In this document: positions 29,684-42,779 of the stretch, piece after piece
Position numbering within the stretch: the first letter of the stretch is position 1
Layout: the number at the start of each line of letters is the position of its first letter
Assembly: GCF_009914755.1 (NCBI RefSeq)
Contig: NC_060943.1
Direction: 5' to 3' (one strand)
Length of the DNA stretch: 64,000 bases
From: the human T2T-CHM13v2.0 reference genome, Homo sapiens
The notes under the pieces: generated by a model
What the model was told of the DNA's origin: nothing
Databases searched by the model: none
What the model saw: the letters and a program-made list of their open reading frames with translations, nothing else
Translations under genes and position numbers: made by a program

Positions 29684-30777
29684 AGTGGGCATCTCCATTG
29701 CACACAGTAGGTTTTGAAATCCTTGTTTATCCTCTGGGGTCTGGGTCTTGGCTTACCTGTTAGCTGCAGCTGAAAGAGGTGTCTGCTAAGTCAATGACAC
29801 CTGTGGGGAGAAGAAGGGTTCAGCAGAGTGAAAGTAGCTGGGGCTCAGAGAAGCCGGGAAAGTCTGACTCTTAGAAACTGTGGGTCAGCAGATGGGTGTC
29901 CTCAGGGATAAATGGGCCATGCCGGTAGCCACTGCAGTGGATTGGAAGAAGGTAAGGGATGCTGGGTGTCCCATGTTCTCTGTCAGCTCTGCAGCTGAAG
30001 ATTTGGGCCCTGGGATGGTACGGCCCTGCAGCAGGGGAAGGGTATACAGGAATGGCTGCATATCGGGACCAAGTCCATGTCATCTTCTTAGGCATTGTTA
30101 CTGCAGATGGAGGATTCTGTTCAGAGACCTGGCCTGGACACATGGGAGGGCTCACCCCATTCTTTTAAAATTATTTTAAGAGAACAGTATTAGCAAATGT
30201 GGTACATGTTTTATTCTGCTAGAATCAGTATTACTGCCACGTTTTACAATGTATCTCTTAGGAAATGGTGAGAGCCATCCACACAATGTGCATTTAAAGG
30301 AGACTCTACTATAATTTCAGCTTTCCTACTCTTTATAGAAACCATCTTCTCTGCAAACACACAGGCAATATCTCTGTGTTCATTTCTATTGGGAGCCCTG
30401 TATGCAAGGTGGAGAGAGCCACATTTCCCCCTGAGATGTTACATAAAAGTTTGAGGTTGAGATGACATATCTGACACTCTGTTATTACCCTCAGAAGCTA
30501 CTACATATGAAATTCTAATGACTGCATTATCCTGCCAAGTGAAAAAGGTAGGCATCAGCAAGGACAGTTAAGAGGGGTGAGAGCCTCATCATGATGGGGA
30601 GTCTTGTTCTGACATCTTGGGAAAAACTGTCCACAGTGTGAAGTCATCAACTTGTCCTGGTTTACAGTTTGAGTGGCTGTTGTTATGGCGTCGAACATTT
30701 TGGTGAGTTCTGAGTGGCTCACACGTCAGGTACAAGGGTTTTCCCATGAAATTTACATTGAGTTGTCCAACTCCAGC

Positions 30778-30874
30778 TTATAGGGCTTCTGGAACAGAGT
30801 GGGTCTTGCTCTTAGTGATTCCATGGGAGAAAATGGAATTGGAGGAACTAGTAGAATTCAGGGTAATGTCCAGT
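30778..30874 (-). pseudogene. Unit 2 PSG-type tail mini-exons: DWTLP* (30874-30858) and EAL* (30788-30778)
   Basis: cctgtag|ACTGGACATTACCCTGA and ttccag|AAGCCCTATAA. Confidence 0.75.
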
Positions 30875-33340
30875 CTACAGGTGGATAATAAAAACACAGA
30901 AACAATGAACAGAGCTGCAATCTCATAACCGGTGTACTACAGTTTTTATTTTCCACATAATTTTTCTCTCTATGGGCATCTCTAGTTTTACCAATGATAA
31001 TTTCAGTAGAATAAGTTTGTTTGCAAAATAGGTTGAGTTACTTCAAACATGGTCTGATTCTTTACATAAGTGCAGCAAGAGTAGCAATGGACCATGTAGG
31101 CTCTCTTTTAAAATTTTCTTTGCTCTAAGTTTTTATAAGGAATCTCAGATTAAACTTTTACAAACCTCTTGAGAACAGGAAGCCAAACCAAGGTTGACTT
31201 CAGACTTTGCCTGCAGTTCATATTGGTTCATTCTATCTATATTCTTGAATATAACATCCCAGTCAAAGCCTTGGTAATATAACCAATGATTTGAAATGTG
31301 TCGTGTTAAAAAGAGAGCAGACTGTTACTGTACTTGTGCAAATATCTGTATTACCATAAACATATCAATTCTCATGAATAGTTGCCCAATTCTGGGGCAG
31401 TCAGGTAGAGAGCAAAAGTAAATGTTTCAATAATTGTTCCCAGAAGTATAGTTTATTGAACTGCTATAAGCTATAGATAGATTAAAAGAAAAAAATTCCA
31501 TAAATCTAGAAAACAAACCATTTAAAGAATCAGCAAATTTTCAAATAAAAATCATAAAAACATTATCCTCATTATTATCAATTATTTCAATGAAATCAAT
31601 ATTTTTCCTGCTTGGTACACTGAGAATTTTATGAAGATATCAGCCTGTTTCTTAAAGTTTTGGAAGTTCTTAGACAGTCCGGTGGTATAATGTGAAATTT
31701 ATCAGAAACTTGTATTAAAGAGTTCTTGTCAGCATCGTTTCCATAAATCTCCTTGAAAAGGAAGCATTTTTGGACTGTAGCTGATTGGAAATGCTTTGAG
31801 GAAGACTAAAAACAACGTCTGTGAATGACAAAGATTTTAAATGACTATGGCTAAAACTCTGATGAGAATTCATTATGATAACACAGCTCACATAAAAGGT
31901 TCATTACTTCTGTGGTATATGACATTATGGCTGATAACATATTTAATTTCTAGGAATCTCATACAATTTCTGGAACAATCATATCAGTAACATATCCATA
32001 AATATAACATAGCAAAGGTTTAGCATCCTTTACCACTTATGATTTGAAAATGCTTTTCATATAATTTTACATGTCAAATAAAGTGGCTTTTCCATGTAGC
32101 TTGTGTTTCTCAACAGGATTACTGAGTTCTTGGTGGAGGCCATTAATGAATAGGGCCAAGAAAGTATAGGCATATGTATGTTGAAAAATATCCCTAGATA
32201 ATTCTAATACTCCCAGCTAATAAGCATTAATTGAGGTCTAAGTTTTACCTATTAGAACAGCTGTTCTCTATTCTGGTTACACATTAGTAGCACCTGGGAA
32301 GACTTAAAAATTACCAATGCCTGAGTCTCACTTTAGACCATTAAATTGGATCCTATGGGTGGGGCTTGGGCATCCATTTAAAAAAACGTTTTCCAGTGGT
32401 TCCAATGTGTAGCTGTATTTCCCATCAGATTTCTCTGATTTCTTGTGGCATTCACGTTTTTCTATTTTGGTATTATAATTATTTTTTGGGTCTTATCATC
32501 TATCTTAGGCTTTATGTTCCTTGGGGTAGAAACCTTACCTTCTTCATTTCTGTATCTTTCATGAACATATGGGTTGGTCATCAGGAAAATGTTCTCAATC
32601 ACATGTAGGTTGTGTTCTGAGTCTCAGGTTTACATATTAATGCTAGAGTCATTGTTCTCCAGGAGGTCAGAGGTTGCTTGTGATGAAGGGTATGGGTAAT
32701 CCCATACTGCAGATGGTAGATGGGAGATCACCCTGTTTTTAGCCATAGCATTGGAACTAAGCATTCTATGTGTATATCAGGTGGAGGGGAAGGGATGTGT
32801 AGAAAGACAGATTTAATTAGAATGGAGGAATTATACTAGGGAATAGAGGGAATGGAAGCAATAAAAATTAGTAAAGAGAAGAAATGTGAACTTATCAAAT
32901 AGGCAAGAGTAGATCCCTGAAGATTTTTGAATAGGGGAGTTAACTAGAATTTAGGAAGGTAATAAGGCAGTCATACACAAGGAAGATTTCAAAGACTGGA
33001 GATAAGTCAAGCAGTATCTCTAGCAGTTGTTAAGGTTGTGGGAATGGAGAGAATGACAAAAGTGAGGATGTTAAAAAAAGGATCAAGAGGGTTTTGTAAG
33101 GTATTGAATCTGGGAAACAAATGAGCAGAGGCTGAGGATCATCATTTGTAGGAGACAGTGGGGTACAGGGAGCATGAAGAACAGGGGAGAAGAGACCAGC
33201 AGGAATAAGTGCTGAGAAGCAGGAGTTTAGTGGGAGGAGGAGGAGATCCAGTCCCAGATACAGGCAAAGAAGTCCTTTCTCTCTCCCAAGCATGGCAGTC
33301 AGCCCTGCAGGAAACAGGACAAAAGGAAAGGCCATCATAC

Positions 33341-33467
33341 CTGCAGTCTTCCTGAAATAAACTACACCAGGGCTGCTAGATCAGAGCCACACTGGCCAGT
33401 ACTTCAATCAAGATGCTGACCGTGGCTCTACCTGAAAGGCCAGGAGAACTTCCTTGTACTGAAGTAT
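33341..33467 (-). pseudogene. Unit 2 membrane (GPI-signal) exon DTSVQGSSPGLSGRATVSILIEVLASVALI*
   Basis: ttccatgacag|ATACTTCA acceptor, TAG at 33376-33378, GCAG|GTATGA donor; closely resembles the CEACAM8/6 C-terminal GPI signal. Confidence 0.88.
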
Positions 33468-36171
33468 CTGTCATGGAAAGAAAAGAAGAGAAGGAATAAA
33501 GGTGATGTTATTTTACAGTGTGGTACCTTAGTAACCATCACTAAGTATGAAGTAGTTTCTACTTGTTCCTTTGGGGATTACATTAATTTTGTGGGAGGGT
33601 TGCTGGTAGATGATTAGCCAACTATATTCTTACAGTTTTTTTTCTCTCTCAATGTGTTTCTAGGTTAGTGATCAGTCTTCTGTCAATTTCATCCTGATCA
33701 TGCTGCACTCAGATATTTTTGAAGCCTTTATGATGTGAGAAAGGCTGACTGCTATTTTCTGTGTCATTAGAACTTTCTACCCTTTCATGGTTGCATCTTT
33801 TTCTCAGTGTGTCAGTTGTGGTAGGTATGAATAAGACTCTGTCAGGTCTCCATGGCAGCTTGTGTTTCTCAAGAGGATTACTGAGTTCTTGGTGGAGCCC
33901 ATTAATGAATAGGGCCGAGAAAGTATAGGCTTATGTATGTTGAAAAAATTCCCTAGGTAATTCCAGCACTCCCAGCTAATAATTGATTTATTAATAATCG
34001 ATTGACTTGATTGACAGAAGGCCCAGATCAGTGCATTCCAAATTGACAACCTACTTTGCATAGAGTCCTCACTTTCCTGAAGCTCCCAGCAGGGATATGA
34101 AAGCAAGCCCAGTTCTATGAGCCTCTGTTTCATTCTCCTGGGTGACTGGTGGGGAGACTCCCCATCAGTCTTGCCATGATCTCTTTGAACTGTAGCTAAA
34201 TCTTCTTTCTCTTTCTCCTTCACAGGAATCAGATTTGATAGTGGTCCCAAAGCTTCCCAGACTTTTTTCATGCCTGCCCCACTTTCCCTCACAGGCATTT
34301 TTCCTAATAAATTATCCTGCATGTCTAATCTCATCTTGGATGCATCTCAGTGGGCATAAACTAACATACCAGGCTTGATTTTTTTGCACTTAGCTTTTTT
34401 CTGTCTCTCCCACATGTAGCCAGTAACCATGTCCTAGTGTTTATGTGTTACCTCTTTTTTCATGTGTATAGGAAAAATATATATATTTCCATATACCTAT
34501 TTATACATATTATATAATAAAATATGTAATATAAAATGTATAGTAATGAAAAACATATACATATTTTCCATATACGTATATGGAAAAAGAGGTAACATAA
34601 AACACCAGGACACTTACATATAATAAAATTGACATATGTTATATATGTATGTAGTGTCTGCTAGTCTTACCCTCTCTATAAATACACACTTTTTGTCACT
34701 GCCCCTTCCTTCCTTCCCATGCAGAGCTCCCATGGCCAAATCTCCCTATTTCCCCAAGTGTGTGTCACTCGCTGTCCTCTGTTCTGTGTCCCATGCGCTG
34801 TGCCCACAGCCTCCTAGTGTTTTATGTGTTCTCTTTTTCTATATATATATGGAAAAAGCATATACATACTTCTCTCTTTATATTTATATACAATATATAA
34901 TAATCTAAAAATATAGAGTATATAACAATTTAAAATATATACATATTTCCATATCTATGAAAAAAGGTAACACATAAACACTAGGCCATTTATACATAAA
35001 ATTCACATATGTAATATAAATGCCAATTTTATCATATACAAATAAGTATATCCATATAGACTTATCATATATAAGGTGAATTTGGAATGCCCTGACCTGG
35101 GCCCTCTGTCAGTCAACTTCCTGCCATGGAGGCCATTCATGGCTGCCACAACTGAGACACCAAGAGAAAGATGCAACTATGAAAAGGTGAAAAGTTCTAA
35201 AGTCATAGAAAATAGCAATCAGCCTTTCTCATATCCCAAAACCTTCAAAAATATCTGAGTGCAGCATGTCCAAGATGGAATTAAAAACTTCGATCTTGAA
35301 AAGGAAAAAGGAAGCTGGAGGACTCACACTTTCAGATTTCAGCATCTACTGCAAAGCTACAGTAATCAATACAGTGTGGTACTGGCATAAAAAAGGACAT
35401 AGAAACCAATGCCATAGAATAGAGAACCCAGAAAAAAAGCTTGCATATATGGCCAAATGATTTTTGTCAAGAGTGCCAAGACCATTCCATGGGGAAAGGA
35501 CAGTCTTTTTAACAAGTGATACTGGGAAAGCTGGCTATCCATGGACAAGTATGAGTTGAACATTTACCTCACACCATATCCAAAAAAATGAACCCACAAT
35601 GGATCAAAGACCTAAATGGAAGAGTGAAGACTACCAGACTCTTAGAAGAAAACATAAGGAAAAAGCTTCATGATATTGAATTTCAGAATGATTTATTAGT
35701 TACAACTACAAAAGCATAGGCAACAAAAAAGGGATAAATTGGACTTCATGAAAATTAAAAACTTTTATATATCAAAGGCCATTATCAAGAATGTATAAAG
35801 GCAAACTATGACATAGGGAAAGTTTCTGCAAATCATATATCTGATAAGGGATTAATTTCCAGAATACATGAAGAACACTACAAATCAAAAACAGCAAAAA
35901 CAGAAAAGCCCAATTAAAAAATGGACAAAGGACTAAAAGAGAGATGTTATTAAAGAAGATATACAAATGGCCAATGAGGGCATGCAAGGATTCTCAATAT
36001 TACTAATATTTAGAGATCTGCAAAGCAAAACCATGGTGATACACGACCTCACACACATTAGGATGGCTTTGATAAAAACAACATGAACAACAACATCACA
36101 AAACAAGTGTTTTCAAGTACGTGGAAAAATTGAAGCTCTTTGTGTATTGCTGATGGGAATGGGAAATGTTA

Positions 36172-36507
<336 letters not shown>

Positions 36508-37889
36508 TCAGTTTCTTTAAAAAAAATTAAAGCATTACCACTTGAACCAGCAATTCTACTTCCGGACATACAGCCAAAAGTATTGAAAAATATTTGAACA
36601 GATATTCGTACACTGATGTTCACAGCAGCATCACTCACAATAGCCAATGGGTGGAAACAACCGAAAAGTCTATTGAAAGATAAGTGGGTGAACAAAAAGG
36701 TATATCCATGCTTTGGAATGTTCTTCAATCTTAGCAAGGGATAAAATTCTGACACATGGTGCAAAATGGATGAACCGTGAAGACATTATGCAAAGTGAAA
36801 TAAGCCAGACACAAAAGCATAATTATTATATACTTCCATTTATGTAAGATAGTTAGAATAGTCAATTACATAGAGACAGAAATTAGAATGGTGATTACCA
36901 GGGGTTAAGGGGAGAAGGAATGAGAGTTATCATTTATCGGGTTCAGAGGTTTAGTATAGTAGGATAAAAAAAGCACTGGAAATAGATAGTGTTGATAGTA
37001 ACACAACAGTAAATTGCACACTTAGAAACAGTTAATGGTAAGTCTTACGTATATAGTGTCTGGTACTCTTACCCTCTCTATAAATACACACTTTTTGTCA
37101 CTGTTCCTTCCCTGCCATAGGGAGCTTCTGTGAGTTAATCTCCCTATTTCTCCAAGTGTGCATCACTCACTGTCCTCTGTGCTGTGTTCCAGGAGCTGTG
37201 TCCACAAACTCACACAGGCAGTGACTTCAGAGCCAGGACACAGTCCTATTCCCATTTTTTAAAGCCTTACCCATGGGAGGCTTGGCTTCTACTGGCAGCT
37301 CGATTTAGCCAGATTCAGAACCGGCCACCCAGGCACCTTATCCACATGCCTGCCCCACCCCCCGGCTGGAGTCAGGGCAGGGTCGGTCACTGAGCTAGCC
37401 CACAGCAATGCAGGGAGCAGAGTCTGAGCTGCTTCTGCTTCACCCAAGGGGCTTCCTCCTGTCATTTGGGGAAAAGTGTGGGCTTGTTTTGAAGCCTCTG
37501 ATGTTCATCGCAGCTCATGGAGTACACACAGACACAGACACACACACAAAGGAGACAGAAGGGATGTTTTGGTGACAGAAACAGCTTGACCATGAGGACC
37601 CTCCTCTTTCTCCGTCTGCGAAGGCCCTTATACTGCATAGTGCTTGGGGCTGATAAGGCCATTTCCCTACATTTCTCAGGCTGGACCCAAGGTCATCCAC
37701 CAGAAATCCGGAAAACAAAGGGAAGAGAATCTGTAGATATGAATTGGGAGTGTTCAGGAGAAAAATTTGGGATTTACTTTTGTGCATGGGACACAGGCTG
37801 AGAATAAAAATGTTTTCCTGGCTCTTTCTTGGAAAGCCAGATAGGCTTCACCTGAAAGCATATTGCCAATGCTCCAGCGATCCACTTAC

Positions 37890-38144
37890 CAGGGACTGTG
37901 ATTTTCTTGGTTGCGAAGTTTTTGCCATTAGTGACTGGGTTATGGACATAACACAGATAGTCCCCACTATTCTCTGTAGTGACTTGGGGGATAAAGAGCT
38001 CTTGTCCTGTTTGCTGGTTATTCCCATTCAGCAGCCAAGAATACTCTGCTGATGGGTTAGAGCCCATGAGGCAGGAGAGGTTGAGGTTTGACCCTGCATA
38101 GTAATAGGTGTCTGAAGAATAAGTTGTGGGTTCATCTGGGCCAT
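37890..38144 (-). pseudogene. Unit 2 B-domain exon, open, splice sites intact
   Basis: ctccag|ATGGCCCA...CCTG|GTAAGT, 255 nt; GPDEPTTYSSDTYY...LSC...YLCYVHN...KITVP. Confidence 0.9.
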
Positions 38145-38531
38145 CTGGAGCAAAGAGAATAAAGCCACAGGTAATGTTATCAGAGGGAATGGGAAGCTCC
38201 TGGTCTGTGAAAGGGACACAATGTTCCTTTTTGCCAAGTCACAACCCTGAAGTCCCAGCCAAATTTCTTCTGTGTTCACTGAACTGGAGGAGTCTAAGAC
38301 ATTCACGTGTTCTCCCATCGCAAGCTATGGAACCAGAGTCCCCTAAGACCGGAGAAGCCCCTCCCTTCCTGGGCCTACCCAGGTTTGCCTGGGACAGAAA
38401 GTCATGGCCAGCTTGGGGGTCCAGGGGTAAGTGTCTTCATACTTGGACCTGAGAGGGACTGAGAGGCCTGGCCTCGTGTTATGTGGATTTGGGCTGGCAG
38501 CCTTGTCCATGAAGGAAAAGAGGATACTCAC

Positions 38532-38800
38532 AGAGAACATCCAGGTGACTGGGTCACTGTGGCTGGTACTCACTACATTCTTCCTTTGACATTCATAGAG
38601 TCCTGTGTCACTCCTTGTGACACTGAGTAGAGCAAGGACCCTGTTATCATTGGACATCTTTAGCCTGGGACTGAGTGTGAGTCTATGACTATTTACCCAC
38701 CACATGTAGATTGTGCCATGAGTCTCAGGTTCACAGGTTAAGACCACAGCCTCCTCATCCTCCGCGGGGTTGCTGGTGACATAGGGCTTGGGCAGATTCA
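38532..38800 (-). pseudogene. Unit 2 A-domain exon, 269 nt (9-nt in-frame deletion plus 1-nt frameshift before the donor)
   Basis: NLPKPYVTSNPAEDEEAVVLTCEP...SDPVT, then GTCACCTGGATGTTCTCT|GTGAGT where the canonical sequence is GTCACCCTGGAT. Confidence 0.9.
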
Positions 38801-40675
38801 CTGTGCAGATAACAGAGAAGATTCCCCTGTGTGGCACCATTGATTTCTCCACGAGCATTTTCCAATCAGAGTTGACATCTCCCACCTCTCAGCCAATCCA
38901 AGTCCTTAAAAGCCCACAGCAGTTCTGTGTGTCAAAAGACAGATGGATGCATGATGATCTGAGGGCTCAGAGACCATGGGGCCACCTGCTCTGTGTGGGA
39001 GATGCACAGACTTCTGAACTGTGAATCAAGCAGCAATACTGGTGAACTGTGAATTGAGCAGGGTCATATAATTAGAGTTTGATTAACTTTGTTTAAATTG
39101 GGCAGAGTCTAAGTGAGGCAGCAGTGGCTCATGCATCTCCCCACCCGAAGGACCCCACCTTATGACACTGTTGTTATTATGAATACACAGGTGTGCATGA
39201 AACAGGCAGTAAATCAAACAGCACCCACCTGGCCAGCTCCACCTGGTCCTAGGAACCACCAGTATTCCCATTATGTGTATGTTACAGCCTTTGTAGGCTA
39301 CAAAATATAAAATACAACTTCAGAATATAAAATATGCTATTGTCAATACCAAATATTGAATATGAAGCTGAATATGTTGTTCCACTTTTTCTCACTCTTG
39401 TTAAACTTTGCTGTTTCAGTTTTGGAAGTTCCTATTGACACACACTTAAGCTAGAGATTCTTTCCTCAGCTGTGGGCAGCCTACCAGTAAGCCCATGCAG
39501 GGCATTCTTTATTTCGCTTAAAGTGTTTTTAATCTCTAGCATTTCTTTTGCTTCTTTCTTAGAATAGCCATCTCTCTGTTTAAATCACCCATCTATTCCT
39601 GAAAGGTGTCTCCTTTTTCCATCATAATCCTTAACCAGAGTTGTTTTAAATTTTCAGTCTGATAATTTCAACATCCCTACCACATCTGTGTCTGGTTCTG
39701 ATCCTTGCTCTGTTTTTCAAACTGCATTATTATTTTTTTTTTTTTTTGCCATAGTCTGTCTTGTATTTTTTTGAAAACCACACATGATGTACTGGGTAAA
39801 AGGGACTTGAGTGAGCAGGCATTCAGTGACATGGTGGTGAGTGAGGGGAGGGAAGGGTTCTGTGGTTCTGGATGAGATCTGTGTCCTGGGCTGTGAATGT
39901 CACAAGTGCCTCTCAGGTTTTTCTTTCCATTAGGTGGGATATGATGACTTGAGGAGGCTGGAGTTGGATATTTCCCCTCCCCCTGGCCAGTTAAGCTCCC
40001 ATCAAACCCCAGCTAATTAGGCTGCAGTAAAATAGTTCCTCTTAAATGTAGGTCTTACCAAGAAGAATATAATTCACTGACAACTTTCCAAGTGTTTTTT
40101 TCCCTTCTCTCCTACAAGAAGGATGCAGGGATTCTTTCTGGATATTGACTGTGAGAACCTGGTAGAGCTCCAGGAGTTAAGAGTCATAAAACTGTCCCCC
40201 TACTCCCAAGGCTAATTCATCCACTGGTGTGTTTATCTCTGCGCTGTGTCCACACTGAGCCTCCAGAATTTCCTCAATTAGAGTTCAGGTTTTCTGACCC
40301 CAGCACTTGTTCCCACTGGGGTTTCTGTGCCTGTGTTTCTGCTGAGGTATGGTGCATGCTCTGTATTTGCCTGTGGGTCTCTTCAATATGTGGGCCAGTT
40401 AGCACTGAGACCTTGCTTCTCTGACAAATCTAAATGAGTTGTTGTTTTTTCAGTTTGTTCAGCTTTTTACTTGTTGTTAGAACTGAGTGAAAATTTTTAA
40501 GCTACTTACATGCCTGGCGGAAATTCGAAGTCTCTAGGGCATGACTGGAGGATATGAGCCCCACAGCAGGTTGAGGATGGAGTCATGAGTGAAATGGGTG
40601 AAATGAGCCCATGGGCTTTGGAAACTGCAGGTCTGTCCTTCAGCGTCTGACCACCTGGTGAGTCTATGTAGAAAG

Positions 40676-41423
40676 TGAAACCACCTTTGCAAAGCATATG
40701 ATGGTGAGAGGAAGCTAGCTTGGCTGACCCCATCTCACCTCTAGCCTCAGGCTGGGTGTCCTCTCTGATTCTTGGGCATAGGCCAGGGTAAGCATGGAAG
40801 GAATTTATAGTTTAACTTTGACGCAAGGATGATAATAGCCCCTCCCTAAAATTAGCTCCCTCCTTGTCGGGGACTACCGTGGTAAATCTAAGAAAAGACC
40901 ATGAATTATGCAGGAGCCCAAATTCTGCTAAAATGCAGGCATAGTTTCTATAATCCCTTACTGCTCAGGAGTCATGTGTCCAGAGGTCACAAGATTTGTG
41001 ACTTTCCTAGTTGCTCCTATAGATAGCAACACTATTGTAGAATCTGAGATTTGTCTTTGGAGATGTTTCTCAGATTTTTGCATTCCGGCAACCAGCTGAC
41101 CTCATCTAGACTCATGACCAATGGCTCAACCAGTCATGTGGCCCCCACTCAGAGGCAGATTCAACAAATACAGACCATTTCCCCTACCGGCATCATTTCA
41201 TCTTTAGCCAGTCAACAGTACTTATTCCTTAGAACTTTGCCCCTCAAAGTTTTTGAAAAACTCTAACCTCTGAGCCACTGGGGAAGCTGATTTGAGTCAT
41301 AATAAACTTCTATCCTCCTGTTTGGCAGCCTTGGGCTAAGCAAAACCATTTTTTACTACACATCACCTTCACAATAAATTGGCTTTGCCTGCGCAGAGGG
41401 CAAGAACCTGTCAGGTGATTATA
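40676..41423 (+). mobile_element. LTR8B-like LTR, unit 2 copy
   Basis: TGAAACCACCTTTGCAAA start; aataaa near the 3' end. Confidence 0.75.
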
Positions 41424-42539
41424 AGAATGGATGGAGGAGTCACTGATCTCTTTCTGGTGGCCTGTTTCATGAGTCAGCCTCTCAGAGGGAAAGAGCCCTG
41501 GACTGCGACACAGTGGAAGCTCATTCTCTTGGTGACCCAGGGACATTGCCTTATTATGGATCCTGGCAGGGGTGGCTGCTTTGGCTGATTTTGGTGCATT
41601 TTACATTTCCCAGAAGGCAGGACAGGCCTAAGTGTGAGCAGAAAGGAAACGGGGCAGTCAGCTTTGTTAGAGAGGGTGTCTGGGGAAGTCCTCAGGGTGG
41701 AGGAAGCTGTGCAGGACAGGACTCATCAGGTAGAATGAAAGAGGGATGCACTTTTTTCACTGAACACCTTTCAGACATCTCACCAACTCTGGCCTCACTG
41801 GGCTGTGCCTTTCCTCCTGAGCCCTGAGCCCTGATTCCTGGCAGGGAGGGAGAAAGAGAGGAAGGGTGAAGCTGGGATGTGTGCTGTCCAGGTTTCTTCC
41901 ATCTCTAGAATCTTGACAGCGAGGGACCCTAATGTGTTACCACAGAGGAGACCGTGGGAAAAAGCTGTTTCTCAGGGGTGCCTGGCTTATGAAGTGAGGG
42001 GAATTCAGACCGAGTTGGACTCCTGAACTACAGGGAACCTGTTCCATGTCAGCAACCAGCTCCTCTAGCTCAGTGTTTCTCTCTGTGGCTAATTCTTTTG
42101 TATGGTTTCTGAGCCTATGCTAGAGTCCTCCTCACGATGCATGATGGTCAGACCTGTGTGGGGAGACCTAATGATGGGGTGGGGGTGGTCTTGAGTGTCA
42201 CACAGAGTGTCCAGGGAACAGGCTTTGTGACTTTCTCTACCCCAGCCCCACAACAAGATCTGGATAGTGGGCTGGGTCAGATAAAGTCAGAATCCATGGG
42301 GAAGGGTATGTGTCCTGGCAGTGCCGAGGTTCGTGCCTCCAGGTTAGCTCTGAGTCTCTGCAAATACATTTATGTTGTGCATGTGCTGTTTGCTGGACGG
42401 TACTTCTTGAACCTGTCTGCAGATAATGTCATGAGAGGTCTGCATGGAAGTGTATGAGGGCTATGTGATTAGGGTGGGTGTGTTTTACACAGCGGGTTTT
42501 TTTTTCACCAAACACTTTTCAAAAAATTGTGGTTGAGTG

Positions 42540-42720
42540 TGTATATAGAAACACATACATACTTGTATTTGTTAGATGTGAATATATATTCATATAAATT
42601 TGACATGTAGATACATATGTCTATAAATATACACACATATATGTGTGTATGTATATGTGTATATGTATATATATGTATGTGTGTGTGTGTGTATATATAT
42701 ATGTGTGTATATATATAATG
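42540..42720. repeat. (TA/TG)n low-complexity repeat
   Basis: Direct inspection. Confidence 0.9.
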
Positions 42721-42779
42721 TGCCATTTTAACCACTTAACTTAAGGAGAGAGATAGAGGGAGAGAGAAGAGAGTTTCTA

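Noticed and set aside
33804-34334. 176-aa ORF ending in CHGDLTESYSYLPQLTH, resembling the PSG9 tail
   Set aside because: Intronic paralog of the PSG9 last exon interrupted by a duplicated segment; the rest of the ORF has no protein homology I can recognise.
34420-35070. CRISPR-like repeat-spacer array
   Set aside because: Human DNA; the repeats alternate in orientation, spacers are low-complexity, and there are no cas genes.
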